From: a virus
Virus record (IMG/VR): IMGVR_UViG_3300009506_000025
Location: 8,808 to 72,807 of that record
Length of the DNA: 64,000 bases
Reading direction: 5' to 3' (one strand)
Within the stretch, counting starts at the first letter, position 1. Each line of letters starts with the position of its first letter. This document shows positions 1-10,114 of this stretch, in pieces. Both the position numbers and the translations under genes were made by a program. The notes under the pieces are model-generated. The model made no database searches. It was given only the letters and a program-made list of their open reading frames with translations, and was not told the DNA's origin.

Positions 1-1
1 G

Positions 2-478
2 GAGGGGAAGATCACAAATGTTGCATTCTGGCATCGCACTATTCTACCTGGAGAAATCGTCGAACTCTACGTCGACCCCTGGGCGATGTATAGGCAGCGG
101 AGACGGACGTCATTCCGGGGGGTAACGATCATTGAGGGGACAGTCTGCTGGGGGCACGATACTGCCGTCGAGGAAGACAACACCCGCGACTTTACCGGGG
201 ACTGGACAGGCACAGGGTCGATTTCGGGTGCCGGTGACGCTGAACAGATTGATCTGGACGATGGAGAAACCATGGAGACCAGCCCGGTAGTTCATACCGG
301 CGCTGTCACCGTGACGATCCAAAAGAACAAATACGGCAGCGGCGATGCGGAGGTAGTGGTCAATTATCGCCACGGCGCAACGGTTGCCGCCTGCCAAGCG
401 GCAGCATGGAACGAATACGCCGCTCCTTTCGTGTCCGCAGGTTACGTTCAGGTGCAGGTGGAGAACGAAGTTGCATGA
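2..478 (+). CDS. 5'-truncated LamG/concanavalin-like virion protein
   Basis: Frame is open from base 2: [29 protein letters not shown] resembles the LamG C-terminal G-x-I-xx-V-xx-W-x-R-x-L-xxx-EI-xx-LY motif. Confidence 0.6.
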   Translation, partial: EGKITNVAFWHRTILPGEIVELYVDPWAMYRQRRRTSFRGVTIIEGTVCWGHDTAVEEDNTRDFTGDWTGTGSISGAGDAEQIDLDDGETMETSPVVHTGAVTVTIQKNKYGSGDAEVVVNYRHGATVAACQAAAWNEYAAPFVSAGYVQVQVENEVA

Positions 479-543
479 GGGCTCGATCAACGCCGTACCG
501 CTTCTGGCTCATAGCAGCACTCCTGCTTTCGGGAGTGCTGACG

Positions 544-3405
544 ATGGCTAAGAATCTCAACGGCCTTACTCTCACGGCCCCTTCCAGCGATCCCAACATC
601 CTGGTGGGCGAATCGTTCGATTGCACGCTTACTCCTTCGTTCAACGGGTCGGGAACTCCAAACCCATACACTCTACAGTGGGAGTGGAACGAGGGAGAGG
701 GGGCCTATTCGGCAATCGGTACGACGCCGACGAACGGCCTCTACCACGCCGCCACGAACCCGCTAGTCAATATCCAAGTAGACGGTCCTTCTACGCTTGT
801 AGTCTATGGTGGCACTAGCGGCATCTTTCACGTCCGCGGGAATGGAAACAGCGGCAGCTACTACACGTCGGAGCAGCAGGTAACCGTTTCCAGCGGTTCT
901 GCTACTCCGAGTTCCACGCCCTCCGCCACGCCTTCCGCGACTCCCAGCGGCACGCCTTCAGCTACACCGTCAGCCACTCCCTCTTCGACCCCCAGTGCGA
1001 CCCCTTCGGCCACTCCAAGTGCCACCCCGTCCGCCACACCTAGCACCACGCCCACTCCCAGCTCAACCCCGTCGGCGACCCCAAGTTCAACACCCTCGAC
1101 AACGCCCACTCCCTCAAGTACACCCTCCGCCACACCTAGCGCCACACCTTCCACCACCCCGACGCCGTCGAGTACGCCTTCATCTACGCCCTCCGCTACG
1201 CCGAGTACGACACCAACTCCCTCTAGCACACCGAGTGCAACGCCTTCAGCCACGCCGAGCGCAACCCCGTCTTCGACTCCTAGTGCCACCCCGAGCGCAA
1301 CCCCATCTGCAACTCCGAGCACCACGCCGACACCATCGAGTACGCCAAGTTCCACTCCATCGGCAACTCCCAGTACGACTCCGACCCCGAGTTCCACGCC
1401 GTCAGCGACGCCGAGCGCAACCCCCAGTACCACCCCGACGCCTTCTAGTACCCCGTCGGCCACCCCCTCGGCCACACCGTCGACGACCCCGACGCCTTCG
1501 AGCACTCCAAGCGCTACCCCTTCAAGCACGAGGAGTTCCACTCCAAGCTCTACCCCGAGCACTACGCCAACTCCCACAATAACCGGTACGGGGACAGTAT
1601 CAGCTACACCCTCTTCTACGCCGAGTTCCACGCCGTCGACGACCCCGACAGGCACTCCAACTATCACCCCGACCGCTACGCCATCATCCACCCCTTCATC
1701 CACTCCCAGCAATACGCCCTCCACCACCCCTACCCCGTCTTCGACCCCCAGCGCGACACCCTCAGCAACCCCCAGCGCCACTCCCTCGGCCACTCCAAGT
1801 GCCACCCCAAGCACAACCCCCACACCCAGTTCGACTCCTTCGGCCACTCCATCTTCGACGCCGTCTGCCACCCCAACCCCCAGTTCAACTCCGAGCGCCA
1901 CGCCCTCTGCGACGCCCAGTACGACGCCGACACCGAGTTCCACTCCCTCTGCCACCCCCAGCAGTACACCATCCGGTGCCGCGTTGTCCGTAGACGACAT
2001 CGTTGTCACCTGGTCAACAGCGAGTGCCACGCCGAGTTCGACTCCCTCTAGTACGCCGAGCGCTACTCCCTCTAGCACCCCCTCCGCGACCCCCAGCACT
2101 ACGCCGACGCCTTCCAGCACGCCGAGCAGCACGCCCTCCAGCACGCGCAGCTCGACTCCAAGTTCCACACCAAGTACGACCCCCACCCCGACAGTGACTG
2201 GAACGGGAACGGTATCGGCAACGCCGTCTTCTACTCCGAGTTCAACACCGTCCACTACCCCAACCGGAACCCCGACGCCGAGTAATACACCTTCGACTAC
2301 GCCAACTCCCTCTTCAACTCCCAGCTCTACGCCGTCGGCAACGCCCTCGGCAACTCCCAGCGCGACACCTTCAGCGACCCCGTCGGCTACTCCGAGCGCG
2401 ACACCTTCGACTACGCCGACACCCAGTAGCACCCCTTCCGCGACGCCATCAGCGACCCCGAGCACCACGCCAACGCCCTCCAGTACACCGTCGGCTACCC
2501 CTTCTGCGACGCCCTCCACGACACCGACCCCTAGCAGCACGCCCAGCGCCACTCCATCGGCCACCCCGTCAGGGACCCCTTCGTCGACCCCGAGTAGCAC
2601 GCCAAGTAGCACGCCGAGCAACACACCCTCGACGACCCCCACGCCTTCGAGTACCCCCAGTGCGACGCCCTCGGCCACACCCTCGACCACCCCTACTCCA
2701 TCGAGTACGCCGTCTTCCACTCCTAGTGCGACGCCTTCGACTACCCCAACGCCCTCCAGTACGCCCTCCAGCACGCGGAGTTCGACGCCCAGTTCAACTC
2801 CAAGTACAACACCTACTCCAACAATAACTGGCACCGGCACCGTATCCGCCACACCATCTTCCACTCCGAGCACGACCGGGACTCCAACCCTTACCCCGAC
2901 GGCAACTCCATCCTCGACTCCGTCCTCGACACCTAGCAATACTCCCTCGACAACACCAACGCCTTCTTCTACGCCGAGTGCTACACCCTCGGCTACTCCC
3001 TCCGGGACGCCCAGCAGCACAGCCTCTGCGACCCCGAGTAGTACGCCCAGTGCGACGCCAAGCAACACACCGTCGGCGACCCCCACTCCATCCTCAACGC
3101 CAAGCGCAACCCCGTCAGCCACTCCGAGCGCGACGCCGAGCAGCACGCCGTCTGCTACCCCAACCCCATCCAGTACACCGAGCGCGACGCCGTCGACGAC
3201 GCCAACGCCGAGCAGCACGCCCTCATCTACACCCAGCGCGACACCCAGCAGCACCCCCAGCGCTACACCCTCAACGACCCCTACCCCATCCAGCACCCCC
3301 AGCTCCACTCCAAGTTCTACCGGCGCCGCCGCCAGTGCGGTTCCCATTGTCGGGAGCGGAGGAATCCACTCCCTTGTCGGAGGGAGACAGGTCATAAATG
3401 GATGA
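544..3405 (+). CDS. Mucin-like Thr/Pro/Ser-rich repeat protein with an N-terminal beta-rich (Ig-like?) domain; probable virion surface fibre
   Basis: ~120-aa globular N-terminus, then ~800 aa of TPS(A/S/T) repeats. Start is either ATG 544 (GGGAG at 531-535) or ATG 475 (overlaps the upstream stop and would add a signal-like hydrophobic leader). Confidence 0.8.
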   Translation: MAKNLNGLTLTAPSSDPNILVGESFDCTLTPSFNGSGTPNPYTLQWEWNEGEGAYSAIGTTPTNGLYHAATNPLVNIQVDGPSTLVVYGGTSGIFHVRGNGNSGSYYTSEQQVTVSSGSATPSSTPSATPSATPSGTPSATPSATPSSTPSATPSATPSATPSATPSTTPTPSSTPSATPSSTPSTTPTPSSTPSATPSATPSTTPTPSSTPSSTPSATPSTTPTPSSTPSATPSATPSATPSSTPSATPSATPSATPSTTPTPSSTPSSTPSATPSTTPTPSSTPSATPSATPSTTPTPSSTPSATPSATPSTTPTPSSTPSATPSSTRSSTPSSTPSTTPTPTITGTGTVSATPSSTPSSTPSTTPTGTPTITPTATPSSTPSSTPSNTPSTTPTPSSTPSATPSATPSATPSATPSATPSTTPTPSSTPSATPSSTPSATPTPSSTPSATPSATPSTTPTPSSTPSATPSSTPSGAALSVDDIVVTWSTASATPSSTPSSTPSATPSSTPSATPSTTPTPSSTPSSTPSSTRSSTPSSTPSTTPTPTVTGTGTVSATPSSTPSSTPSTTPTGTPTPSNTPSTTPTPSSTPSSTPSATPSATPSATPSATPSATPSATPSTTPTPSSTPSATPSATPSTTPTPSSTPSATPSATPSTTPTPSSTPSATPSATPSGTPSSTPSSTPSSTPSNTPSTTPTPSSTPSATPSATPSTTPTPSSTPSSTPSATPSTTPTPSSTPSSTRSSTPSSTPSTTPTPTITGTGTVSATPSSTPSTTGTPTLTPTATPSSTPSSTPSNTPSTTPTPSSTPSATPSATPSGTPSSTASATPSSTPSATPSNTPSATPTPSSTPSATPSATPSATPSSTPSATPTPSSTPSATPSTTPTPSSTPSSTPSATPSSTPSATPSTTPTPSSTPSSTPSSTGAAASAVPIVGSGGIHSLVGGRQVING
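898..3320 (+). repeat. Coding TPS(A/S/T) tetrapeptide repeat with highly degenerate codons
   Basis: Translation is [12 protein letters not shown]... throughout; the DNA copies differ at synonymous positions. Confidence 0.95.
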
Positions 3406-4108
3406 TCTGACTGTGATCTACATCACCGATAGCGTGCTGGACCCCACGATAGCCCACGGGTGCAGGAAAATACTAGCCAGGGCCGCTGGAGATCACCGAA
3501 TCATAAGCGTATCGCAGGACTTCCTGGAATTTGGGGACAACCTCTGCGTGGGCCGGATCGGACGTTCGGTGTTATCGATGGAACAGCAGATCGAAGCAGG
3601 ACTGGAAGCGGCCACCTCACGGTGGGTTGCGATCGCCGAACACGATTGCATCTACTCAGAGGAACATTTTCGTTTTCGGCCACCAGACGACCGGTTATTC
3701 TGGTACAACAGAAACGTCTGGATCTTGAGGACAGACATCCAACGGTTCTCCTACAGGGAGCGCAAGATTCAATCTCAGATGGTCTGCGACAGGAAGCTAC
3801 TCCTATCGGCGACAAGGATGAAGCTGGAGGTGGTAGCCAATCCGGGCTGGGAAAAGATGCGTCCCATGGGAGAGCCGGGAGCGGCTGGGTACTACAGGTC
3901 GCGCCAAAGGTGTAGAGGGGAGGAGCTGAAGCGAATTGTCGGAGAGTACGCTCTGCGATTTAGCTCGCAGCCATTTGGGACCGCAGTACCCAATGTGGAT
4001 ATTTGGCACGGAGGCAATCTTAGGGGCAGGCGAACCGGACTAAATGGGCGCTATCGATTGGAACCTTGGGGAGAATACGCAGATATATGGAAGACATTCA
4101 GAAGCTAA
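3398..4108 (+). CDS. GT-A-like glycosyltransferase (EHD motif), paralog of 6596-7321
   Basis: IIYxT-like start, [18 protein letters not shown] (vs CEHDVLYHPSHF), [10 protein letters not shown]. Confidence 0.55.
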   Translation: MDDLTVIYITDSVLDPTIAHGCRKILARAAGDHRIISVSQDFLEFGDNLCVGRIGRSVLSMEQQIEAGLEAATSRWVAIAEHDCIYSEEHFRFRPPDDRLFWYNRNVWILRTDIQRFSYRERKIQSQMVCDRKLLLSATRMKLEVVANPGWEKMRPMGEPGAAGYYRSRQRCRGEELKRIVGEYALRFSSQPFGTAVPNVDIWHGGNLRGRRTGLNGRYRLEPWGEYADIWKTFRS

Positions 4109-4668
4109 TCCATCGCAGGTTCAAGATAAAGAAGCGCAGCGACAATGTCGTGCGAGGTGCTCGCGGAGATAGAGTAACCCTCGCGGCCCTATGGGGAGAG
4201 GTCGGCCTGAATCGAGGGGTGGAGGTCGGCGTATGCAGGGGGACGTTCTCCAAGATTCTCTGCCTCAACAATCCAAACATAGAGCTGTACTCGATTGATC
4301 CGTGGTTCACCGGAGGGCGGGTTGGGCATCGCCGCGAGAGACATATGCGGAGAGCCATAAAGAAGCTGGCTCCATTTGCAGTCACCATCATCCGCAAGAC
4401 CAGTATGGAGGCACTAGCCGACTTCGAGGACGGTAGCCTCGATTTCGCATTCATCGACGGAAACCACACGTTCGACTACGTAGCCCCGGATATCATCTTC
4501 TGGTCAAAGAAGGTACGTAGCGGGGGAATGATCGGGGTCCATGACTACCACCGGCACCGCTGGGGTGGCGTGATCGAAGCCGTGAACGCCTACACGTTCT
4601 GCCACAACATCAACCCCTGGTACGTCACTTGGGAGGCCACGCCCACGGCGTTTTGGGTCAAGCCATGA
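4087..4668 (+). CDS. Class I SAM methyltransferase (Methyltransf_24-like)
   Basis: GVEVGVCRG, SIDPW, LDFAFIDGNH, GGMIGVHDY. Confidence 0.85.
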   Translation: MEDIQKLIHRRFKIKKRSDNVVRGARGDRVTLAALWGEVGLNRGVEVGVCRGTFSKILCLNNPNIELYSIDPWFTGGRVGHRRERHMRRAIKKLAPFAVTIIRKTSMEALADFEDGSLDFAFIDGNHTFDYVAPDIIFWSKKVRSGGMIGVHDYHRHRWGGVIEAVNAYTFCHNINPWYVTWEATPTAFWVKP

Positions 4669-5357
4669 AGCTCTCGATCATCATCCCGGTCCTCAACAGC
4701 CACGAGATCGTCCGGAGGCAGATGGTGCATTACTCCGCGATGCCTCTTCCTCCAGACGTGGAGGTGATCCTGGTGGACGATGGGAGTGATCCGCCTATCC
4801 CCCAATCCATGGATCGATACATCAACATCCTCCGAACGCACGATACCCGCCCCTGGACCCAGCCCAAGGCCAGGAACATTGGCGCCCGTGCGGCCTGCGG
4901 CGAGTTCCTGCTGTTCACGGACATCGACCACATCGTACCGGAAGACAGCGTGAAGTGGTGCATGGATTGTCAATACGATTTTTCCAAGTTCCGACGCTAC
5001 CTGGGCGTCCTGGACGAGTTCGGCAGGATCACCCAGGATCGACAGGTGCTGGAGCAATACGGGGTCGACAGGAAGAAAGGGCTCCGCGTCTCTTGCCATA
5101 CCCTCAGCATGGTTGTCCGCCGGGACCTGTTCTGGGAGACGGGGGGATACCGAGAGAAACTCGGCAAGCATCCAACCCACGATGATGGACATATGAAGAA
5201 GATGCTGGGGCGTCGAGTTCGTAGAGGGGAAATCACTCGCTGTCCCGACGGACACGGGGAGGACGAGCGTCCAGTGATCTACGTCTTCCCAAACGGGAGG
5301 TTTGGCGGCAGCGAAAACCATAATCCCATGGGCCTGTTCCACAGCTTGCAGCGATGA
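4665..5357 (+). CDS. GT2-family glycosyltransferase
   Basis: LSIIIPVLN, ILVDDGSD, ARNIGA, FTDID. Confidence 0.85.
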   Translation: MKLSIIIPVLNSHEIVRRQMVHYSAMPLPPDVEVILVDDGSDPPIPQSMDRYINILRTHDTRPWTQPKARNIGARAACGEFLLFTDIDHIVPEDSVKWCMDCQYDFSKFRRYLGVLDEFGRITQDRQVLEQYGVDRKKGLRVSCHTLSMVVRRDLFWETGGYREKLGKHPTHDDGHMKKMLGRRVRRGEITRCPDGHGEDERPVIYVFPNGRFGGSENHNPMGLFHSLQR

Positions 5358-5956
5358 AGATACTACCCCCAGCCAGCTATGCCGCATACCGCGCCGGCCA
5401 GCGGAAAAAGTACCGCAAAAAGCGGAACCACGTCTGGATCAATCGTCGAGAGTGGGACTTTCTGGCTGCTACGATTCGCGAATGTGCCAAAGAGCTACGC
5501 CAGGGGATCTGCCACGGCGTCCGGAAGGGGATCGAGTGCGACAGGCTATCGGAACTCCTGGAGATCCCCGTGATCGGGACGGAGATCGGGAACCCTCACT
5601 GGCACAGGGTAGTAGCGAATTGGGATTTTCATAAGACAAAGCCTGAGTGGAACGAGCAGTTTTCGTTTGTGTACTCCAACGCCCTGGACCACTCCTACGA
5701 CCCGAGCCTGGCCCTGGCGACCTGGGCCACGCAGCTTCACGTCGGCGGGATCATGGTCCTGCACTGGGCGACGGATGATTTGGAGCCCAGCAGCCCGGAG
5801 GACTGCTTCGGCGCGACCCTGGAGGAGTACGCAGAATTGGTAGGTGTGCATTGTAGCGAGGTGCGGCTTATACCCTCTCCCGTCAAAAGGGGAAACAGGA
5901 CCCTTGTCGTTGGAACGCGCAATGAGACTCTCCATCGTGACCCCCGTGTTGGATAG
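5354..5956 (+). CDS. Methyltransferase-like protein
   Basis: ICHGVRKG, GTEIG, FSFVYSNALDHSYDP, GGIMVL (degenerate class I MTase pattern). Confidence 0.55.
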   Translation: MKILPPASYAAYRAGQRKKYRKKRNHVWINRREWDFLAATIRECAKELRQGICHGVRKGIECDRLSELLEIPVIGTEIGNPHWHRVVANWDFHKTKPEWNEQFSFVYSNALDHSYDPSLALATWATQLHVGGIMVLHWATDDLEPSSPEDCFGATLEEYAELVGVHCSEVRLIPSPVKRGNRTLVVGTRNETLHRDPRVG

Positions 5957-6599
5957 CCACGAGATCGTCCGTAGGCAGTTGCTCCACTACAATCGGATGG
6001 ATCTGCCGGACTCCGTGGAAATCCTCTTCATGGACGATGGGAGCGATCCGCCGCTGGAAGGGAACGGGCGGGTTACGGTTCACCGGACGAACGACACGCG
6101 CAAATGGACGGAGCACATTGCCCGCAACAAGGGGGCACAACTAGCCCGCGGCGAATACCTGCTGATGATCGACGTCGACTACATCGTACCCGAGCAGACC
6201 ATCCTCCGGGCCATCGCCTTCGACGGGGATCGCATGGACTTCGATAGGAGATTTGGGGTTCTCGATAGGGAGGGGAAGGTCGATACCAGCATCCAAACTC
6301 TTGCCGTGTGGGGCCTGCTTCCGAAGTGGCAACGCAGGCGGACCCCCAACCACCGAAGTCAGTACCTAATGCGAAAGTCGCTGTTTGAGAAGATCGGCGG
6401 TTATCGCGAGGATCGCTGGGGTAAGGCTCACCCGAAGGGAGGCGGGGCGGGGCAGAAGTTCTTCCTGAATTGGCGGAGACAGGAGATCCCACTGCCGGAG
6501 GAACGGCCCATCGTCTACATGTTTCCCAACGGGAAGTATTGCGGAGATCTGGACTACAACCCGTTTGGATACTTTCACAAGCTGACACGCAAAGCATGA
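5922..6599 (+). CDS. GT2-family glycosyltransferase, paralog of 4665-5357
   Basis: LSIVTPVLDSHEIVRRQ, MDDGSD, ARNKGA, IDVD; shares the C-terminal NPxGxFHxL. Confidence 0.85.
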   Translation: MRLSIVTPVLDSHEIVRRQLLHYNRMDLPDSVEILFMDDGSDPPLEGNGRVTVHRTNDTRKWTEHIARNKGAQLARGEYLLMIDVDYIVPEQTILRAIAFDGDRMDFDRRFGVLDREGKVDTSIQTLAVWGLLPKWQRRRTPNHRSQYLMRKSLFEKIGGYREDRWGKAHPKGGGAGQKFFLNWRRQEIPLPEERPIVYMFPNGKYCGDLDYNPFGYFHKLTRKA

Positions 6600-7321
6600 C
6601 CGGAGGCATCGTCTACTACACGCACAACCGGGGTGACCCCATGATCCTCGCTGCCTGCCGCAGGCAGATCGACCGAGCAAGAGGAGAGATTCCTGTGGTA
6701 GCTGTATCGCAGAATCCGCTGGATTGGGGCGATCAGAATATCGTGATGAAGGGGATTGGGAGGACGGACCTGGCCATGTTCCGCCAGCAACTCGCGGGGC
6801 TGGAGGCCGTCGGAACCGACTACGTGTTTTTCTGCGAGCACGACGTACTCTACCACCCGAGCCACTTTACCTTTGTTCCCCCCACAGATGACAAATACTA
6901 CTTCAACTGGAACGTCTGGGCCGTGGATGCTGACACGGGCCAAGCGCTTCACTACGACGGGATGCGGATGACCTCGGGGGTCGTGGCCTATCGCGATATC
7001 CTGATCGAGCACTACAGGAAGAAGATCGAGATAACGAGGAGGCGAGGAAAGTTCTCCCGGCAGCTCCTTGGATATGAGCCCGGTAAGCCGAAGTCCCGGG
7101 AGATGCTGGGGAACTACAGGCAGGGGAAGTTCTACTCCACACTGCCCAACATCGACATCAAGCACGACCGCAACATTACCCGGAAGCGATTCGCCCCAAG
7201 CGATTACCGGAACTGGACGCACATAATGGACTCGTGGACCCTGGCCGATTCCGTTCCCTACTGGGGAACGACCAAGGGTAGGTTCAGGGAATTCCTGGCA
7301 GAGGTGGCGAATGGTAATTGA
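6596..7321 (+). CDS. GT-A-like glycosyltransferase (EHD motif)
   Basis: GIVYYT, VAVSQ, FFCEHDVLY, PNIDIKHDRN; ATGA-coupled. Confidence 0.55.
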   Translation: MTGGIVYYTHNRGDPMILAACRRQIDRARGEIPVVAVSQNPLDWGDQNIVMKGIGRTDLAMFRQQLAGLEAVGTDYVFFCEHDVLYHPSHFTFVPPTDDKYYFNWNVWAVDADTGQALHYDGMRMTSGVVAYRDILIEHYRKKIEITRRRGKFSRQLLGYEPGKPKSREMLGNYRQGKFYSTLPNIDIKHDRNITRKRFAPSDYRNWTHIMDSWTLADSVPYWGTTKGRFREFLAEVANGN

Positions 7322-8126
7322 CTGCTTTCCGTTCTTCAACGAACTGGACCTGCTGGAGATCCGCCTCCACGAGCTGGCTCCCGTGGTGGACGTGTTCGTT
7401 CTCTCCGAGGCGACGCTGACGTTCACCGGGAAGCCAAAGCCCCTCTACTACCACGACAACCGGAGTCGCTTCAGGGAGTTCTCTGATCGCATCCACCACC
7501 TGGTCGTCTCCGATTACACGGGGATGAAGCTCAATGACACCCGCTCCATGGACCGGGAGCAGAAGCAACGGGGGCTGGACTGGATGGTGGAACGCTTCAA
7601 GCCGGGCTTGCAGGATCTCGTGATCATGGCCGACGTGGACGAGATTCCCAGGGCCAGCACGATTGCCCAGGCCGAGAAGGAGACGGGGTGGATTGCGGCG
7701 ATGATTGAGATGCAGTTGTACTACTACTACATGAACTGCCGCGCCAAGGGGCGACCGGGGTCGTGGAGAAACCCCCGCCTGCTTCGCGTAAACAGGGGAG
7801 AGAGGATTCACTACAACAGCACCCGGAAGGGGTGGCGAGACAAGGACTACTGGGACGCTGGGTGGCACTTCAGCTTTCTCCACGGGTCCGTCGCCGACAT
7901 CCAGTACAAGGTCTCCTCGTACACCCACGCGCCGGAGTTCGACAACGACCATTACATGGCGCCTGAGCATATCAGCGACTGTATCGAACAGGGGAGGGAT
8001 ATCTTCCGCAGGAAGAGATACCAGTTTGAGTACCTCGATGACTTGGGATTTCTGCCCGAGTACGTGCAGAACCATCTCGATAGGTTTGCCAAGTACATTC
8101 ACCAGCCATGCGAGACCTTAGCGTAA
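7311..8126 (+). CDS. GT17 (MGAT3-like beta-1,4-GlcNAc transferase) family glycosyltransferase
   Basis: IDCFPFFNELDLLEIRLHEL, EATLTFTGKPKPL, DVDEIP, AGWHFSF. Confidence 0.9.
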   Translation: MVIDCFPFFNELDLLEIRLHELAPVVDVFVLSEATLTFTGKPKPLYYHDNRSRFREFSDRIHHLVVSDYTGMKLNDTRSMDREQKQRGLDWMVERFKPGLQDLVIMADVDEIPRASTIAQAEKETGWIAAMIEMQLYYYYMNCRAKGRPGSWRNPRLLRVNRGERIHYNSTRKGWRDKDYWDAGWHFSFLHGSVADIQYKVSSYTHAPEFDNDHYMAPEHISDCIEQGRDIFRRKRYQFEYLDDLGFLPEYVQNHLDRFAKYIHQPCETLA

Positions 8127-9037
8127 TCATCCCCGCCCGCAACGAGATGTTCCTGAACAGAACGGTCCAGGATGTCCTCGACCATGCGCGGGCCGATACC
8201 GAGGTGATCGTAGTCCTCGATGGCTACTGGCCTGATCCACCGTTGCCGGACAACGACCGGGTGATCGTACTCCACCACACCACGGCGATCGGACAGAGGG
8301 CCGCCACCAACCAGGGGGCCAGGGTCTCGCAGGCGAAGTACGTGATGAAGCTCGACGCCCACTGCTCGCTGGACGAGGGCTTCGACGTGAAGCTCATGGA
8401 GGACTGCCAGCCGGACTGGACGATGATCCCGAGCATGTATAACTTCCACGCCTTTGATTGGAGATGTGTGGCCTGCGGGAACCAGACCTATCAAGGATTC
8501 AAGCCGTCGCTGTGCTCCAAGTGCAAGGCAACCGAGTTCGAGATGGTGGTGACCTGGGAGCCCCGCTGGAACCGAAAGACGGTCTCCTGGCGGTTCGACA
8601 AGAACATGCAGTTCCAGTATTGGCGGAAACACTGCAAGAGGGCCGAGGTCAAGGGCGACCTGATCGAGACGATGTGCTTCATCGGGGCCTGCATGTTGAT
8701 GGAGAGGAAAAGGTTCTGGGACCTCGGGGGGATGGACGAGGCTCACGGAAGCTGGGGCCAGTTCGGCACGGAGATCTCCTGCAAGTCCTGGCTCTCCGGG
8801 GGAAAGCTGATCACGAGCCAGAAGACCTGGTTTGCCCACCTCTTCCGCACCGGGAACTTCAGCCACAATGGCCATTCTACGTTTCCCTACCCGCTGAGCC
8901 AGCAGGCCATTGATCGGGCCAGGGCATACTCCAAGGACCTCTGGCTGAACGACAAGTGGCCCGGAGCGATATTGCCGCTTTCCTGGCTAGTTGATAGATT
9001 TAAGCCAGTTCCCGATTGGCATGAGGGGGCGAGATGA
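8108..9037 (+). CDS. GT-A glycosyltransferase resembling polypeptide GalNAc-transferase (GT27-like), with a Zn-ribbon insertion
   Basis: LSVIIPARNE; LDAHC (DxH); GACMLMERKRFWDLGGMDEAHGSWGQFGTEISCKSWLSGG..FAHLFR; insertion CVAC..CSKC. Confidence 0.75.
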   Translation: MRDLSVIIPARNEMFLNRTVQDVLDHARADTEVIVVLDGYWPDPPLPDNDRVIVLHHTTAIGQRAATNQGARVSQAKYVMKLDAHCSLDEGFDVKLMEDCQPDWTMIPSMYNFHAFDWRCVACGNQTYQGFKPSLCSKCKATEFEMVVTWEPRWNRKTVSWRFDKNMQFQYWRKHCKRAEVKGDLIETMCFIGACMLMERKRFWDLGGMDEAHGSWGQFGTEISCKSWLSGGKLITSQKTWFAHLFRTGNFSHNGHSTFPYPLSQQAIDRARAYSKDLWLNDKWPGAILPLSWLVDRFKPVPDWHEGAR

Positions 9038-9249
9038 AGACCTGCAAGACCTGTATCTGGTGGGACACGAATCATCCGAGACTTTTGTTCGCACCGAAAG
9101 TGTCTGGTATGCACTGTCCTGGCTTCTGCCGGAAACACAAACCCGGGGCCTACTCGGTGGCGACCGGCGAACACGGAAATTTCGCGATTGGAATCCAGCC
9201 CATAACCGACGGCGATGAGGGCTGCGCTGAACACAGGGAGTCGATCTAA
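9034..9249 (+). CDS. Small Cys-rich phage protein
   Basis: CKTC..GFCRKH..CAEH; coupled to both neighbours. Confidence 0.6.
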   Translation: MKTCKTCIWWDTNHPRLLFAPKVSGMHCPGFCRKHKPGAYSVATGEHGNFAIGIQPITDGDEGCAEHRESI

Positions 9250-9869
9250 TGGGTTGTCCTACCTCCTGCGTACTCGGTGAAGATCTGGTCTTCTCGGTCA
9301 CAACCCACGATCCGGATACCGGCGTGCTGACCGACGCGGATTCTGTCCCCAGCTACCGGATCTACGAGGACGAAACCACCGCGGCAATCCTCAATGGCAG
9401 CATGGCAAAGCTCGACGACGTAAACACGACGGGCTTCTATAGCGAGTTGATTGCCGTTACGGCAGGCAACGGATTCGAGGCCGGGAAGAATTACACGGTC
9501 TACATCGAGGCGACGGTTGACTCCGACACCGGCGGTATCAGCTACGCCTTCAAGGTAACACCCGCGGTCCCAGATGCGAACGCGGTTCAGATCAATGACA
9601 GCGCAGCGGCAGCCGCGCAGCTCGCGCTCTCCGCTATCGGTATCGTGTCCGGCGCGGCTATCCTGGGGACCTTGTCCACGACCCAGATGACGACAGACCT
9701 CACCGAAGCGACGGACGATCATTACATCGGCGGGGTGATCGTCTGGACCAGTGGGGCGCTGGCAGGACAGCGGAGCGACGTGACGGACTACGACGGTGCA
9801 GTCAAGATGCTCACCTACACGGCGACTACCGACGCCCCCTCGGCGGCGGATACCTTCGTGATTATCTGA
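9249..9869 (+). CDS. Putative virion structural/decoration protein
   Basis: Thr/Ala/Asp-rich beta protein; C-terminal DDHYxGxxIVWTSG..GQ...DY....T...APxxxDTFVI pattern, recalled from phage virion proteins. Confidence 0.55.
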   Translation: MGCPTSCVLGEDLVFSVTTHDPDTGVLTDADSVPSYRIYEDETTAAILNGSMAKLDDVNTTGFYSELIAVTAGNGFEAGKNYTVYIEATVDSDTGGISYAFKVTPAVPDANAVQINDSAAAAAQLALSAIGIVSGAAILGTLSTTQMTTDLTEATDDHYIGGVIVWTSGALAGQRSDVTDYDGAVKMLTYTATTDAPSAADTFVII

Positions 9870-9870
9870 G

Positions 9871-10101
9871 ATGGCGCAGCTCACCAGACAATCCCTGATG
9901 GCCGTCGCGATGGGCATGTATGGCTCCTTCGCAGGGAAGCTGCCCGCCGAGGTATCGGCACTGGACGGTACGCCCGACGAGACCCTCCGTCGTGGAGAGC
10001 CGGTGACCGACACGCTCAGGAGAGGCGAACAAGTAACCGGGACACTCCGCCGCAGCGGAGACCCGGATGATCCGCTGTGGAAGCATTGGAAACCTAACTG
10101 A
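9871..10101 (+). CDS. Small protein with three TLRR(G/S) repeats
   Basis: ETLRRGEPVTDTLRRGEQVTGTLRRSG. Confidence 0.55.
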   Translation: MAQLTRQSLMAVAMGMYGSFAGKLPAEVSALDGTPDETLRRGEPVTDTLRRGEQVTGTLRRSGDPDDPLWKHWKPN

Positions 10102-10114
10102 AAAGGAGAGCGAG

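Noticed and set aside
898-3320. CRISPR array or DGR-like repeats
   Set aside because: Repeats are degenerate coding 12-mers without unique spacers; no cas or reverse transcriptase gene in the window
861-3395. 844-aa antisense ORF of GV(A/L/E/D) repeats
   Set aside because: Automatic shadow of the Thr/Pro/Ser/Ala codons, which cannot give stops in that reverse frame
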